A stretch of 64,000 nt of DNA from Vitrella brassicaformis CCMP3155 (taxonomy: Eukaryota; Protista; Chromerida), in the NCBI GenBank assembly GCA_001179505.1, contig CDMY01000375.1, forward strand, positions 31,215 to 95,214, written 5' to 3'. Under the pieces are notes generated by a model. It did no database searches. It was not told where the DNA came from and was given only the letters and a program-made list of their open reading frames with translations. Made by a program: the position numbers and the translations under genes. Below, one piece after another: positions 12,601 through 24,898 of the stretch. Positions within the stretch are counted from its first letter, which is position 1. Every line of letters starts with the position of its first letter.

Positions 12601-14497
12601 ACATCCCCAAGGTGCACCCGACGGACGAGGGCCGGTCGGCCGATGGATCGCCGGACGCCTCAGGGTCGGCCGCTGGTGTGAGGGGTGGGGGAGGAGAGGA
12701 GGGATCCGACTCGACCGACCTCGGCTCGGCCACCAGCACCGTCCGTAGCGTGTCGACGCTCACTTTGGGGCGGGGCGGCGGCGAGAGCGTGGATTTTGAT
12801 GTGTGGCAGACGGTGAGTATCGAGTCGTCCAACGAGGGAGGAGAGGGCGTCGTGGTTGGGGAGGGCGGCACTGCTGCTGGTGCTGCTGCCAGTGGAGGTG
12901 GAGGTGGTGGTGGTGAAGGGGGTGTGTTGGAGGTGCGTGAGGTGTACTGGGACTGGGCGGGCGAGTACGGCGACACCGCCACGCAAAACCTGCACTTTTC
13001 CAAGGGCGAAAGGGTAAGTCTGTCTGACACACGCACAAGCCACCCACAGTACAGTGGGGGTAGCATTAGTTCTTATGCATGTGCTTGTGTGCTATCTATC
13101 AGGTTGAGATAATCGTTCGGCATCGCTCGGGCTGGACCCACGGCCGCATCGTAGGAGAGCCAGACCGGTGAGTGAGCGGTGACACGAAATATAACGACGG
13201 GTGCGTTGCTCTCACTGCTCCGTCCGCCGATGTGTGTGTGTGTGTGTGTGTGTGTCAGCATCGGTTGGTTCCCCGACTTCATGCTCACACCCATTGAGGA
13301 TGTCGAACGCGAAATGAGAGATAAGAAGGTAACACCAGTGCACACAACAAACAAACAAACAAACACTGCCCCCCATCCCAACACGCCATCTCTCATCATT
13401 TCTTCATTCCCTCAGGGCGACGGTGCGAGTGACGTCGACCACGACGAGGCGCGCAAGGCAGCGTCGCCCCCCAAGCGGCTGTTTTTCCACCCACCAGACC
13501 CCCACCAGCCGACACACCACACAAACCCTCTCGGCCTCGGTCTCGGGGTGGGCGTTGCGCGCCACAATCACACACACGGCCACCGGCTTTCGTCCTTTAC
13601 GCTGCCGCGGGGCGTCATGGAGCAGCCACAGGACAGCCCTGAGGGCCAAGGGGGGTCGGGGGGACCCACACCGCCCGGTGAGTAGTAGGTGGCATGACCG
13701 ATGCACAGACAGACATGCAGGAGAGAGAGTGCATCCATGCGTTTGTCTTGTCTCGTGGGTGATGTGCAGGGTCGATGTGGTCCCTGGGCACCCCTCTGCT
13801 CACCCCCTTGACGACCAACGCCGGGGCCCTGACGGACAGGAGCCCAGCACCAGCAGCAGCAGGAGCAGGAGGGTCCCGTCTGCAGGCGCCCCCCTCCGGG
13901 ACATCTTTGTTCCAGACGCAGCCCAGCCTCATTCGCGGCCATGTGGAGGGGACCGCCGGCCTGACCGCCTCATTGGATGCCGAACGGCACGACGGCAGCG
14001 AGCATCAATGGACACTCAGCCACTCACGGTCCTCTCTCAGGGTAAGCAAGGGAGGGAGGGAGGCGCCATTGCTGCATCTTCCATTCTTCTGCCCCGTTTG
14101 TTTGGTCAGTCTGGCGATGGTCCTGGGAGCGAGCGAGATCTCTCCCACCACCCTTCCCCCGGTGCACTGCGTCCGTCATCCTCGATTGCCATGGCGTTTG
14201 GGAGCGGCCGGCCTGCGGGCGTCCTCGTCATAAGTGGGAGGGGGGTTTGGTCGGAGCGGACAATGACGTTGCCGGGATGGTCCAGCGATAAGACCAAGTG
14301 AGAATGCGATGAAGGAGTGGATGGCACAATTGGATCGATGGATGCACTCACTGCACGAACACTGGATGGGGTTTCGTGTGCTGTGTTGTGCTGTGCTGTG
14401 TGCTGTCAGTGCGAAGATCCCGGATGAGAACCCGTGGCGCATCTCTGCGGTGAAGGAGCATGAGACGGACACCATGGATGGCACAAGCAACGCCTGA
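9677..14497 (+). CDS. Not3/CNOT3 N-terminal-domain protein fused to UBA and two SH3 domains
   Basis: MSKKLQSEIERVLR...LRKLHRLGQQVKDWLNQNDVRDK...HRSHMQKLEELLR...LRDYVENN...DLYADLGL matches Not3-N. An in-frame 77-nt intron (11779-11855) joins it to a UBA (ETLVSMGF...ALMMHAGNFDDALNHL) and two SH3s (LSLSKG..SGWTFG..GWFPDF; LHFSKGE..SGWTHG..GWFPDF). About 12 exons; stop at 14497. Confidence 0.7.
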
Positions 14498-15099
14498 CGG
14501 GGCCGCAATGCCTGCGCGCCTCTGCCTGCCTGCCTGAGACAGACAGTGACGTGACATTTGATGAACACCCCAACCCAATGTTTGCCGTGCATGCTCATGC
14601 ATGCCTGTCAGTCAGCTATGCTCCGTCTCAGCCAAGTCAAGTCACGGAGGGGAGGGAGAGATTGAGGAGAAAGGGCTGGGCTGTGTGTGGCCCTCCCTCC
14701 TCTCCCTCCCTCCCTCCCGAGTGGCAGACAGAGACCGACCTGCTGGCTGGCTGTGTGGCTGCATCCATCCATCCATCCATGTGTGTGTCTGGGTGAGCGA
14801 ACCGAACGAGGGATTGAGCGGATGTTCACTGGCCTTGTCTTGTGCATGTGGAGTAGGGATGGGATGGCGCGGGTGGGTGGGGGTGATTGATAGGTGGACC
14901 CAACAATGGCCTGCCTGCCTGCATTTTGACACTGACGTGATGCGCGTGAGGTGAGTGCAGTGCAGTGCACACAGGCGGAGGGAGGGAGGGAGGGTGAGGG
15001 AGTGGAGTGACCTCAAGAGTCATTTAAGGCCCAGACACCCACACATCTCCCTCGCTGGTCATTCATTCACCTACACCTACTGCCCTGCCACCCATCCCA

Positions 15100-18000
15100 T
15101 CCGTCCATCTCGTGATTGATCTAGCTAGAGCGCCCCAGCAGCTCGCTTGATGCACATGGACACGCTGAGGCTCTCGCCACCGCCACCGGGCCGGCCAGCG
15201 CCCCACTGAATGTCGCTAACGCCCTCACTCTCCTCAACAGAGGAAGCAGCAGCGGCAGCTGTTGCTGTTGCCGCCGCCGGAGGTGACGGCTTCGTCACCT
15301 GAAATGATCAACGGATACGGTGTTTCTGCTCTGCTCTGTCCGTCTGTCCATTATTCCATGTGTCATTCACTTTGTGTGGGTGCTGTGGTGTGCTCACCAG
15401 TTGCACGACTCCCCTCGGGGCCACAGCCATCGGATTGTAAGGCACTTGAGCAGCTGTCACATCCAACGACACTGCGGACGGACACAAAGAAGAACAATGG
15501 CAAAACGCCACGAGGGCCCTGTGTGTGCCCCTCTCTCTCTCTCTCACCCACTCAACTCCACTCACCTCCTGTGTTGAGCGTGCCCTTGACCCGCACTTGT
15601 GTGGGCATCTTGAGGGGCCGCCCACTGCCACGCACACCATCACCACACACACACGATGCTGCTGAGGAGGACGATGCGGAGGGCATAGCAGGGGCCGCCA
15701 GGATGTCCGGCGGCGTGGCGATCCATGTGGCCGTCGCCAGCCGACTCAGACCTACTGCAAAATGCGGCAGGCTGCCCTCTGTCGATGTGCTGCAGGCAGG
15801 CAGGCAGGCAGTAAGCGCATGTGAGGGTCTGTCTGTGTCTCTGCGTATACAGCACAGCGGCAGAGCGATTGACACACCCACCGGTAGTATAGTGTGGCTT
15901 TCTTGACGAGGTGTCTGAGTGCCTCCCACGGCAGCTTGGCCATCACACCCAACACACACAACTCTGACAGACAGACAGACAGACAGACACATATGAGACA
16001 TGACATGAACGAACGACACACACCTACAATAAGTATTCACGCAGCTAGCTGCATACATACCTGCAATGTGCAGGAACTTCCTGAGGCGGTGCACCTGCTG
16101 GTCCAAACCCTGGGATGCATCCACATACCAATTCTACAGACACACACACACACACACAACATTGTCCACACGCGCATTCATTCATTGTCTCTCTCTCATA
16201 GTCTCCTTGTTCGTTACGATGTCGCTTTGTGCGGATGGGTCTGTTTTGAGTACGATCTGTGTGAGCGCCCGGCGCACGCTGTCCAGCCCCATCTCTGCCA
16301 TCACCAGCGCCACGTGGCGCTGACACACACACACACACACGGGAACACACACGGGAACACGCGAGACACATCGAGTGCCATCCATTCACTGGTCTGTTCT
16401 TGGTCGGCTAATGCCTACATACCGGGTCCTCTAGAGCGGCCCTTTGGTCCTGCCACTGCTTCTGCAAGGTGCTGATCTCCTGACCAGCCTGACTAATGTA
16501 ATGGACCAACCAAGCAGCCAGCCAGCCAGCCAATCGACCGACAAATGGGGCCACAGCAGGAGAAAGAAGAAACAGTGTATGTGGATGCATCAGGCCTTAC
16601 TGACCGCTACGGTCCCATAGTGCGCTAGCTGATAGATGCGGACGGCCTGCATCCAATCCAGTCCATCCGACAGACAGACAGACACATGCACTGCACTCAT
16701 CCCGTTCGTTCCCTGTGGCCCTTTCTCGTCTGTCTGTCTGTCAGCTGACCGTTTCGATCATCCGTGCCATCTTGGTGGGGTTGTCCCGCCTCACGTGCGG
16801 CAGCAATGGACGCTCACACACACCGCCACCTGCACCACCACTGCCCCCTGACTTGCTCAGACGACGGACACGGCCGCCCCCTTGCCATTGGGATGCCCCC
16901 GGTGGTGTGGGTGTGGGTGTGGGTGTGGGTGTTGGGAGTCTTGCGCGCTGGTCGATTTCGTTGAGGATGGCGCGCAGGGCCTCCTGCACGTCGGCCAGGT
17001 TGTACCCACCTGCATCCATCGACAGATGCATAATCAACACACAAGCCAATAAGGGAATGCGTGCATTCTCAGCAAGAGAGAGAGAGACAGACAAACTCTC
17101 CCTCTACTTACGCTTGAGGAAGAGCCACAGCCGCTCGATGAAGTCCCGCCCCTCACTCTGACACATGCACACACATGACAGACACCCAACAAACACGCAG
17201 GCCTTCATTCATTCATCTCTTCCCTCTTTCTTCTCTTTGTGACCATTCCGCTCACCGTGGTCCATCCCGATCTGAGTGTGGCGTAGAGCGATGTGGGTGG
17301 GGGATGGGCGCCGTTCTTGTGACCCACACCCACAGGCGCCCTCTCAGCGGGCGATGGCGTGTGTGGCTCCCGGGGCGCCGCCCGTGTGATGGAGTCGAGC
17401 CGCGACGCCGCCGCATCCATGGCCGTCAGATGGCCCTGCTCCTGGGATAGAAACGCCTGAACACCAACACACGGCAGGAAAGTGCTGGGTTGGGGTGTGT
17501 GGTTGTCTGTCACGTGTTTCCTGTCACCTTGACATAGTTGCAGAGTTCCATTTTCCTGCACCACTTGAGGTCTGTGGTGGGGTCCGCGGCCGTGAAGTCC
17601 TCGGCCGTCAGGTCGGTGCCCGTCGCCACACTTGCAAAGTCCTCCAGACCCTCCTCGCTGTCTACGCCGCCAACGCGACTTGACAACCCCTGGTCCTTCC
17701 TGAAGGTACGTGGTGACGGGACGGTAGGTGGTGTGTGTGTGTGGTGGGGTTGGGTTTGTCTGTTTACACGTGTAGGCACTTGTCGATGGATTGGAATGCG
17801 GCCTCCTCGTCGGCGCCATAGCTCTCGAGCACCATCATCGACTGCAGCAGCTCGCCCACCACCAGCAACTCGTCTACGTGACCCTTCAAATACCCACCTG
17901 CATTGCAGGACACACACATGATGCAATCAATGCACACAACCCAGCCCCGTCTCTCCCCCTCTGTCTGTCGACAGCTCACTCACCTTCCTCAAACCCCGCT

Positions 18001-19382
18001 TTGAGTATGATGACCGCATCAGTGTCCATTGGGGGCGGTGCTGGGGGCAGCAGGGATGGCAGAAGGGCTGACGGGGCCACACCACCGCCACCACCACCCC
18101 CTGTGACGGTCCAGAAGAGCTGCAGACAGATGAACGGCCCCCCGCACAGCCGATACGAGTCCAGGGAGGCCCGAGGGCTCATCGGAGGACCCAACTGACA
18201 CAGCATGAGAGAGAGGGGGTGTGATAGCTTGACGGATGGATGGATGGATGTGTGGGTGTACCGTACCTCGAGCATTTTGGAGCTGAGGTCGAATCTTGCG
18301 ATGACGGAAACAGGACCCTGTGGGCAGGGAGCGAACCAGCATACAGTAAATAATGTGACCGACATGTACACAGACAAGAGGATCAGACCAACACGTGTCT
18401 GTCGTGTCGATCAGATGCAGACCTGAAACGCCGGCATAGGAGGCAGCAGGCCGTCCAGTGGCGCCGTGACGGTCTCGCCTACAAGGAAGGCACAGACGCA
18501 CACAAAGGCAATGCTCAGCTCACGACGTCGCGTCGCCTTCGTTCGTTCCTCCCTCTCTCCCTTTTATATACAGTACATGCATTGCATACCCGCAGATCCG
18601 AGTGATGCAAACGCGTAAGTTTCGTCAAACAGCTGGCCCTCCTCACCCCCAGCACCACCCCTATTGCCAATCCCCCAATACAGCGTCTGCCACCTGCCGC
18701 CCCCCTCCCTCGCCACATAAAACAGCACGGGCGCGCCCACCACATACGGCTCTCCTCCTCCTCCCCCCTGTGTGCTGCTGTCCTGGAGCATGGCCATCAC
18801 CACCTGCTGGCTCTCGCCCATCGACATGGGCGTGAGGGCGTCTTCGCGGATGGCCGTGTCGAATTCTGAGTGGTCGGGGGTGTCCTTGTGGGCGTGGTGT
18901 GGATGCGTGTGTTTGCTGGTGCCCCTGACGAGGGTGGCGCCCTGCGCGCGGTGGCCGCACTGGAGCACTTGGGAGTTGTGGTCGCCCTCCAGATACAAAG
19001 GCTGCACAACAGATCAAACATCAAACATCACAAACAACACACACAAGATGCATGAGCGAATGAATAAGGGAATCGATGTCCATCCACCCACCCATCCAAT
19101 TCTTGCCTGCAGGGCGTTCTGCAGGTGATCTCCCTTGCCTTCCACCTCCTTCTCGTCCGTGCCATCCACACGCGGCGCCCGCGACACGAGGACGAACCCG
19201 TCGGTGAAGTGCTCACACAGGGGGTGGTAGGGCGACCGATGCTTGCTGCCGTCCCCCTTCCCGCCCAGCCGCCACACCACATACGAACCCACTACCTGGC
19301 CGGGAGCCCCCGATGAAGGCAGATCTTTGTCCGGGGAGATGCCTCGCCACGTTTGGCCAAGACAACACAGCAGATCCTCCAT
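15100..19382 (-). CDS. ZWILCH: Zwilch-like kinetochore (RZZ) protein
   Basis: Multi-exon gene from ATG 19382. The colinear blocks ICLQLFWT, MDTDAVIILKAGFEEG, GRDFIERLWLFLKRGYNLADVQEALRAIL, LVMAEMGLDSVRRAL, QGLDQQVHRLRKFLH and ALRHLVKKATLYY parallel my recollection of human Zwilch. The 3' end is approximate. Confidence 0.65.
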
Positions 19383-19581
19383 TCTCCTCCCTCTTTCCCC
19401 CTCGTTGGATTCCGTTTACGGATGGCCAGAGGAAAAAATAGGGGGCACCGGTACTCCCATCGCTACGGCGACACATAAGGACAGGTGGGAACGATGACAA
19501 GGCATCTGCAGTGATGCAATGCCAGACCCTCTCCTCTGCGGATTCCGTTTCCGTACGGCTCATTAAGGATCCCCATTAGTC

Positions 19582-20634
19582 ATGCCGACAGAGTATTTGG
19601 TTGTGCAGTGCTATAGCTGCGGGATGCACCAGTGCATTCAGGTGACGGATGCATCCATCAAAAAGAGTGCAGACATCTGTGTACGTCTGCATCTGTGCGT
19701 ACGTGTTTGCCATACTCAGGCGGTGAAGAGTAGGAAGTTCAGTTGCAAGATCTGCCACGAGAAGCAGAGCATTCAGAAGGTATCTACAGCCGATATATAA
19801 GACCATCACACTGAGTCTCCTCCTTCCCGCCTCCCTGCCTCTCTCATTTTGCTGCATGCGTGGTGCATCTGTCTGTTTTTGGTGGTGCCCTGCAGGTGCT
19901 CGACTCGTCCACCAACCCGGCCGACCTCCGGCCCGTCATCCAGCAGCTCAACTCGCACCTAGGGCAGATACACCAGCAGATGAGGGAGGAGAGAAATCGC
20001 CAAATCGACGAGTACCAGCGGCCGTCAGACATGATGATGGGGGTGCAGCCGGCGGCTGCCAGCGAGCCAGCAGCAGCAGCCCCAAACGCGCCCCTCCTCC
20101 TGGCGGGATCTGCCGGTGCATCTGCATCATCTCGCTGGGCCCAGTATCTTGATGAAGACCAGGCGGCGCAACCCCCTCCCCCACCGCCCCCCTCCCCGCC
20201 TCTGTCGCCAATCGGGCAGCGCAACTACAGGGGCAGAGGCAGGGGGCGTGGGAGGGGCAGGGGCGCAGGCTACCGCCGCAAACAGGATGGAGTGGATGGC
20301 CATGACGATGACCTGCAGCCATACAAGAGGGTCAAGAGGAGCGGCGGCGATAATGCCGACGATTTTGAGTCGTTCTTGGCGGCCGGTGGGGATGGGATGG
20401 ACATCGGAGGGGGTGAAAGGGAGGCTGCTGGTTCATGGAGGGGATTTGGCGGCAATGGCGGGTTTGGCCCGCAGGGCAGCGCTGCGCCGGGTCCCCAATA
20501 TGGGAATAGCGACGCTGCAGGGGCTGGGCCCAATGCAGGGAGCAGGTACATGAAGGGACATGTGCGCGTGACGGTTTCCTCTTTCCTGCTCCTTGTGTGT
20601 GCATTGCGTATCCAGGTGGGGCCGCTTCCTGTGA
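19582..20634 (+). CDS. MRNIP: MRN complex-interacting protein
   Basis: The spliced N-terminus MPTEYLVVQCYSCGMHQCIQAVKSRKFSCKICHEKQSIQK..ADLRPVIQQLN has the CxxC...CxxC MRNIP zinc-ribbon pattern. It carries an SRWAQYL motif and a terminal exon SRWGRFL*. Confidence 0.8.
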
Positions 20635-21749
20635 GAGATATCTAAGATACACACGAGGGAGGGTGCCCGATGCTCGATTCAGTGCATGCCATGGGTCAGA
20701 CGTCGTTGTATCAGAATTCAGAATTCATTCATGCTGCGTTGCGTGGCTGTGACGATCTACATGGTGACGATGTGTGACGTGTTTTCGTGAATATCATTTG
20801 TGAACGTGGCAACGCCATTCGAGCACCACAACAATACAAACGGGTCCAATAGGTCCATTGATTGATAGCTTCACACAACCAACGCATCGATCCAAGCATG
20901 CTTCGTCTGCCCAGTGTCAGTCATGCAACAGATGCAGCCCTCGCGTGCAGGTCCACCCGACAATCCACTCGCCAAATCGTCAAGCAAACCTGCGCACAGG
21001 CGGCTCGGCTGCACGACAATCTGGGCAGAGGAAGGCTGCGAACACACCAGTTGAGTTGGACCCGACAGGGTGTTTTACAGTCAGTCAGCCAGGAAGGCAA
21101 GCAGACAGGCAGCCAAGCCACTCAACTCATCCATCCAGCCGTTCACGGGACACCATGAGATCAGCGCCCTTTTGCAGGCACACCGAAGTGCTGCACGGCA
21201 CGCAGTCAGCGTCTAGACACCATCCATCCGCATCTGGCTCTCTCTCTCTCTCTCTCTCTCTGCACGTACATCCATGCCTCGCACCACACACAGGGTCTTA
21301 CTAAACACCATGACAAAGAGCCCAACACGTGTTATAACACTTTATGTTTGTATGCAGAAACGGCATCCCATCCACCCACCCACCCGTCCATCCATCCATC
21401 CATGAGTGACACACATGAATGGAATGGGTGTCTCATTGACAGCCACACCACAGCAGCCACGAAAGGATGGATCCATGGACATGCACCCACGCACCTCACG
21501 GTCGATCTATCTAAATATTCAGATGATCTCTCTCAGTGGGCGTGCGGTGCGCGAAAAAGGAGGGCCTCTCAGGCGTGGCCAGCAAAGCAGCGTCATCTCA
21601 CTTGGCACTGCACTTGACAATTGGCACACCAGAAAATACCAGCCGTCATGTGTACGTATCGACACAGCTACACAAAATGGTGGATGTACGTTATGTGATC
21701 ATGCAGACAGGAAGTATGCAAGAGTGAGTGATATTTGATAGATCTGATC

Positions 21750-22711
21750 GGCAGGAGCGAGGCGTACTACACCGTTCGTTCTGTCGTATATATGTGTGTG
21801 TTCTGACTTGACTGTCTGTGTGTAGAAGAATAGCAGAAAACCAGACGACGAAAAAAGAGACAGCACAAGTGATCCGATCCCCGCCTTGTTTACACAGGTA
21901 GGCGTGCAGATGGACAGCCTCTCTCACCCCGCGCTCTGCCCCTTCTCTCTCTCGTGAAAGACATCCAATCAAGACAGACAGACAGACAGCCCGACGGCTC
22001 TCAACCACTTTAGAAAGAAAAATGGAGTATCCTGCCCTCCGCCACGTTGTAGATCTCATGCATGAGATGTGGAGTGGTGACCACCCGCACCCCCGCAATT
22101 GTCTCCTCCTCCTTGGTGTCGCCCATCTGGAAGAACGTCACATTGCGCGAGGCCAGGTGGTCGAGCGACGGCTGCAAGTCGCCCAGGAGGAAGGGGAGTT
22201 GGTCCTCAGGCGTGCTGGTCAGCAGGGGCCCGCAGCCGTCAGGTGAGTTGCACCACACCACCACCTTGATCCCACTGTCAGCCTGAAAGACACGAATGAG
22301 ACAAGGGGACACACACACACACAGAAAGACAGACACCCGTACATTGTCATGTTAGCACCCCTCTACCCACTATGTACCTACCAGCCGGCGCGCCACTTGA
22401 ATGCCTTTGCCGACGCCTCCCTCACTCAGCTGCACCGCCGCGCCGTCGGCCTTGTTCTTCATCGTCTCCTTCATGCGATGACTCTCTGCCAAGGCAAATG
22501 AGCCCACCACCAGACTTGCCACAGCCAACAGAGCAATGAGGCCGATAATCATGTCGCGTTTGGGCGATGGAGGGGTGCTGGGCGGCTGCGTGTAGTCGCC
22601 CCTGAGGCCCTCTGCCGAACCCTCGCTGGCGAGTCTGGTCCTTTTGAGAGAAGTGTCGGTGGAGATGGCCTGGGAGGTGAGCACGTCGACTTGCACGTTT
22701 CCGGGCCTCAT
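21750..22711 (-). CDS. Hypothetical single-pass membrane protein
   Basis: MRPGNVQ... is followed by the hydrophobic stretch MIIGLIALLAVASLVVGSFALA and a spliced downstream exon (ORF 22010-22336). The 3' end is uncertain. Confidence 0.55.
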
Positions 22712-22795
22712 GGTGAATGTGGTAGATGAGGGAGCAGCAGCGGTTTCGGACCGAGAATTGCGAGCTGCAACGGCAAGAAGCGAAGAAAGGCCGCG

Positions 22796-23872
22796 ATGTT
22801 GAGGCCTTTGCTGTGCCAGTTGGCGTCCAGCTGTCGGTGTTTGTATGTGCAGCAGCGTTCGCTCTTCAGCCTCTCCCCACATGTGCGTTTCTCATCCATG
22901 CCTGAGTTCGCAAAGCCGCCCACACGGCTCGACGCCCTGCTGCCCGTGTGCCTCAAGGCAGGTAGGTGCTTACGTGCGCACCATCAGAGCCCTGACCGCA
23001 CCGAGGGAGGGGGATTGATGAATGCATCTCCGCACCTCGCGCCTCTGCTGTTTTGCAATGTATGTGCGGTGTGGTGTGGTGTGTGTGTGTTGATGCAGAT
23101 GGCAACATGACGGCTCGTTTGTATCCTGACTGGGACGCTCGCCTGGGCACCCCCACGATAGAGCTGGCCCTCATCAGCGCAGAGCCGCCCGAGTTGGCTC
23201 CCCCCTCCAACACGCAGTCGCAGGCAGGAGGCGAGCAGGAGGGCATGCAAGGCTCGGTGGCCACCACATGCGCCTTCATGAGGCCTGCGTTCAAGATACG
23301 GGTACGCAGCCGGGGTTGCCACGGGGGCGGTGCATCTCTGTGACTGGAGGCGCATCAATCCAGCCTGTGCTTGTTGTGTGGTCTGGTGTGGTGGGTGCGT
23401 CCATCTGTCCATGTGTCCCTGTTTCAGTTGGATGGTCCGATGGTAGCGCGTTTGTTGGCGGTGGACGGTTGGGGCGTGAGCAAGCAGACGGTCAAGGACA
23501 AGGAGTCGGAGCTCATGTACGGCGTGCGGCAGGGGTGTGTGTACCTCAAGATGAAGGAGCGCAAGATGGGCAATCCCGGCTGGGGGGGCAGGGGCGGCGG
23601 ATACGGCTATAGGAGCGGAGGGGGCGGTGGTGGGGGTGGGGACAAGGAGGGCGAGTCGCTGGCGACGCGGCTGGCGCCTGGCGAGGCGGTGGTGCTGCGC
23701 CGCATGCTCAAGTTTGCCCTCCCCAACATGCTCGGATGGACCACTGAAAACACCAAATACCAAGGTACACACACATTCACACACTTCCGTTGTTGCCTTG
23801 TGAATATCGCGTGCGGTTTTCTGTGTGTCAATGTGCTGGGCAGCTGGCTGGAAGGCCGCCCAGACCACCTAA
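22796..23872 (+). CDS. Whirly/MRP-fold-like organellar nucleic-acid-binding protein with a mitochondrial-type presequence
   Basis: Four exons. The N-terminus is Arg/Ser-rich and acid-free (MLRPLLCQLASSCRCLYVQQRSLFSLSPHVRFSS). The C-terminal LAPGEAVVLRRMLKFALPNMLGW resembles the Whirly terminal helix, and there is a G/R-rich loop. Confidence 0.55.
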
Positions 23873-24898
23873 GTAGCACCGAATGACCGACCTTGACACA
23901 CAGGACATCACGATAGCGGCCAAGATGGATATGCATGGAGGTAGCCCGCTTTAACAGAGTACACGTACAAAGAGAGACGAATTGATCCATCGATCCATGG
24001 ATGGATGGATGGATGGATGGATGGATGGACAGACAGACAGACAGGCAGGCGAACACCCTGCGTGGGTGTGTCCGTAGCATTGAATGCATTGTGTGCATGT
24101 ATCAACGTTCTTGCATCGCCGTATGAGGGATGGATGGAGAGAGAGAGAGAGAGAGAGTTAGGGGTGTACATACACATATACAGAGAGGGGCTGATAAAAC
24201 ACACATACATACAGGTATGTAAGGTAGATGTGCGTGTGCAAATAATGGGGTCAGTGCACACAGGGACACGCAAGACGAACCTCGTGTGTGTGGACAGAGG
24301 TGTTTGTGTACAGAGTCGCGCTCTTGTCCGATTGCATCAATTCATGACACTCCACGCGGTCTTCCGACGAGAATTCTCGATTTGAGAGATTTGAGACGGC
24401 GAGACGGCTTGAATGATTTTCTCTTGACAGATTCTATCGTTTTCGAACCAGCGACTTCGACTGGCGCTGCGGGTGTTCACACACCCTCCCGTACAGGCAG
24501 ACGTCGCCTGCGTCGGTGTCCCCATCGCCGCCTCATCATCGCTGCCCTTCCCGCCAGCAAAGACGAGAGGATCATGTGCCGTTGCTTTGGCGGGGCACTC
24601 TTCATTCGAATGGTGCAGGGCCCAGACATCCAGCTACCCGGCCGCAGCGGGTGTTTGGGCCATCTGTCGCCACCGTTGGACACCGTGCAGCTGACGACAC
24701 TGCAGCCCGATTGAGAGTGGACTACTCCCCAGACGAGGAGTGGACAGGCATGGGCAATCAGTTGCGGTGAGGTCACCCGCCTCCAGCAAAAGCTGTATGA
24801 CGCCCTGCAGTGGACCGCTGGGCAGTGGACCGCATAGTCTCTGAGGGGTTGGGAGCGGGAATTGGCGACGATGACCGACAGACGCACCCGCCACCTTC

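Noticed and set aside
10684-13066. Long antisense and alternate-frame ORFs overlapping the Not3-UBA-SH3 gene (and similar ones over COG4, ValRS and the RRM gene)
   Set aside because: These are shadow ORFs typical of GC-rich coding sequence with strong GC3 bias.
24300-24800. Possible small gene or element fragment between the Whirly-like gene and the large hypothetical gene
   Set aside because: No consistent reading frame, splice pattern or recognisable domain.
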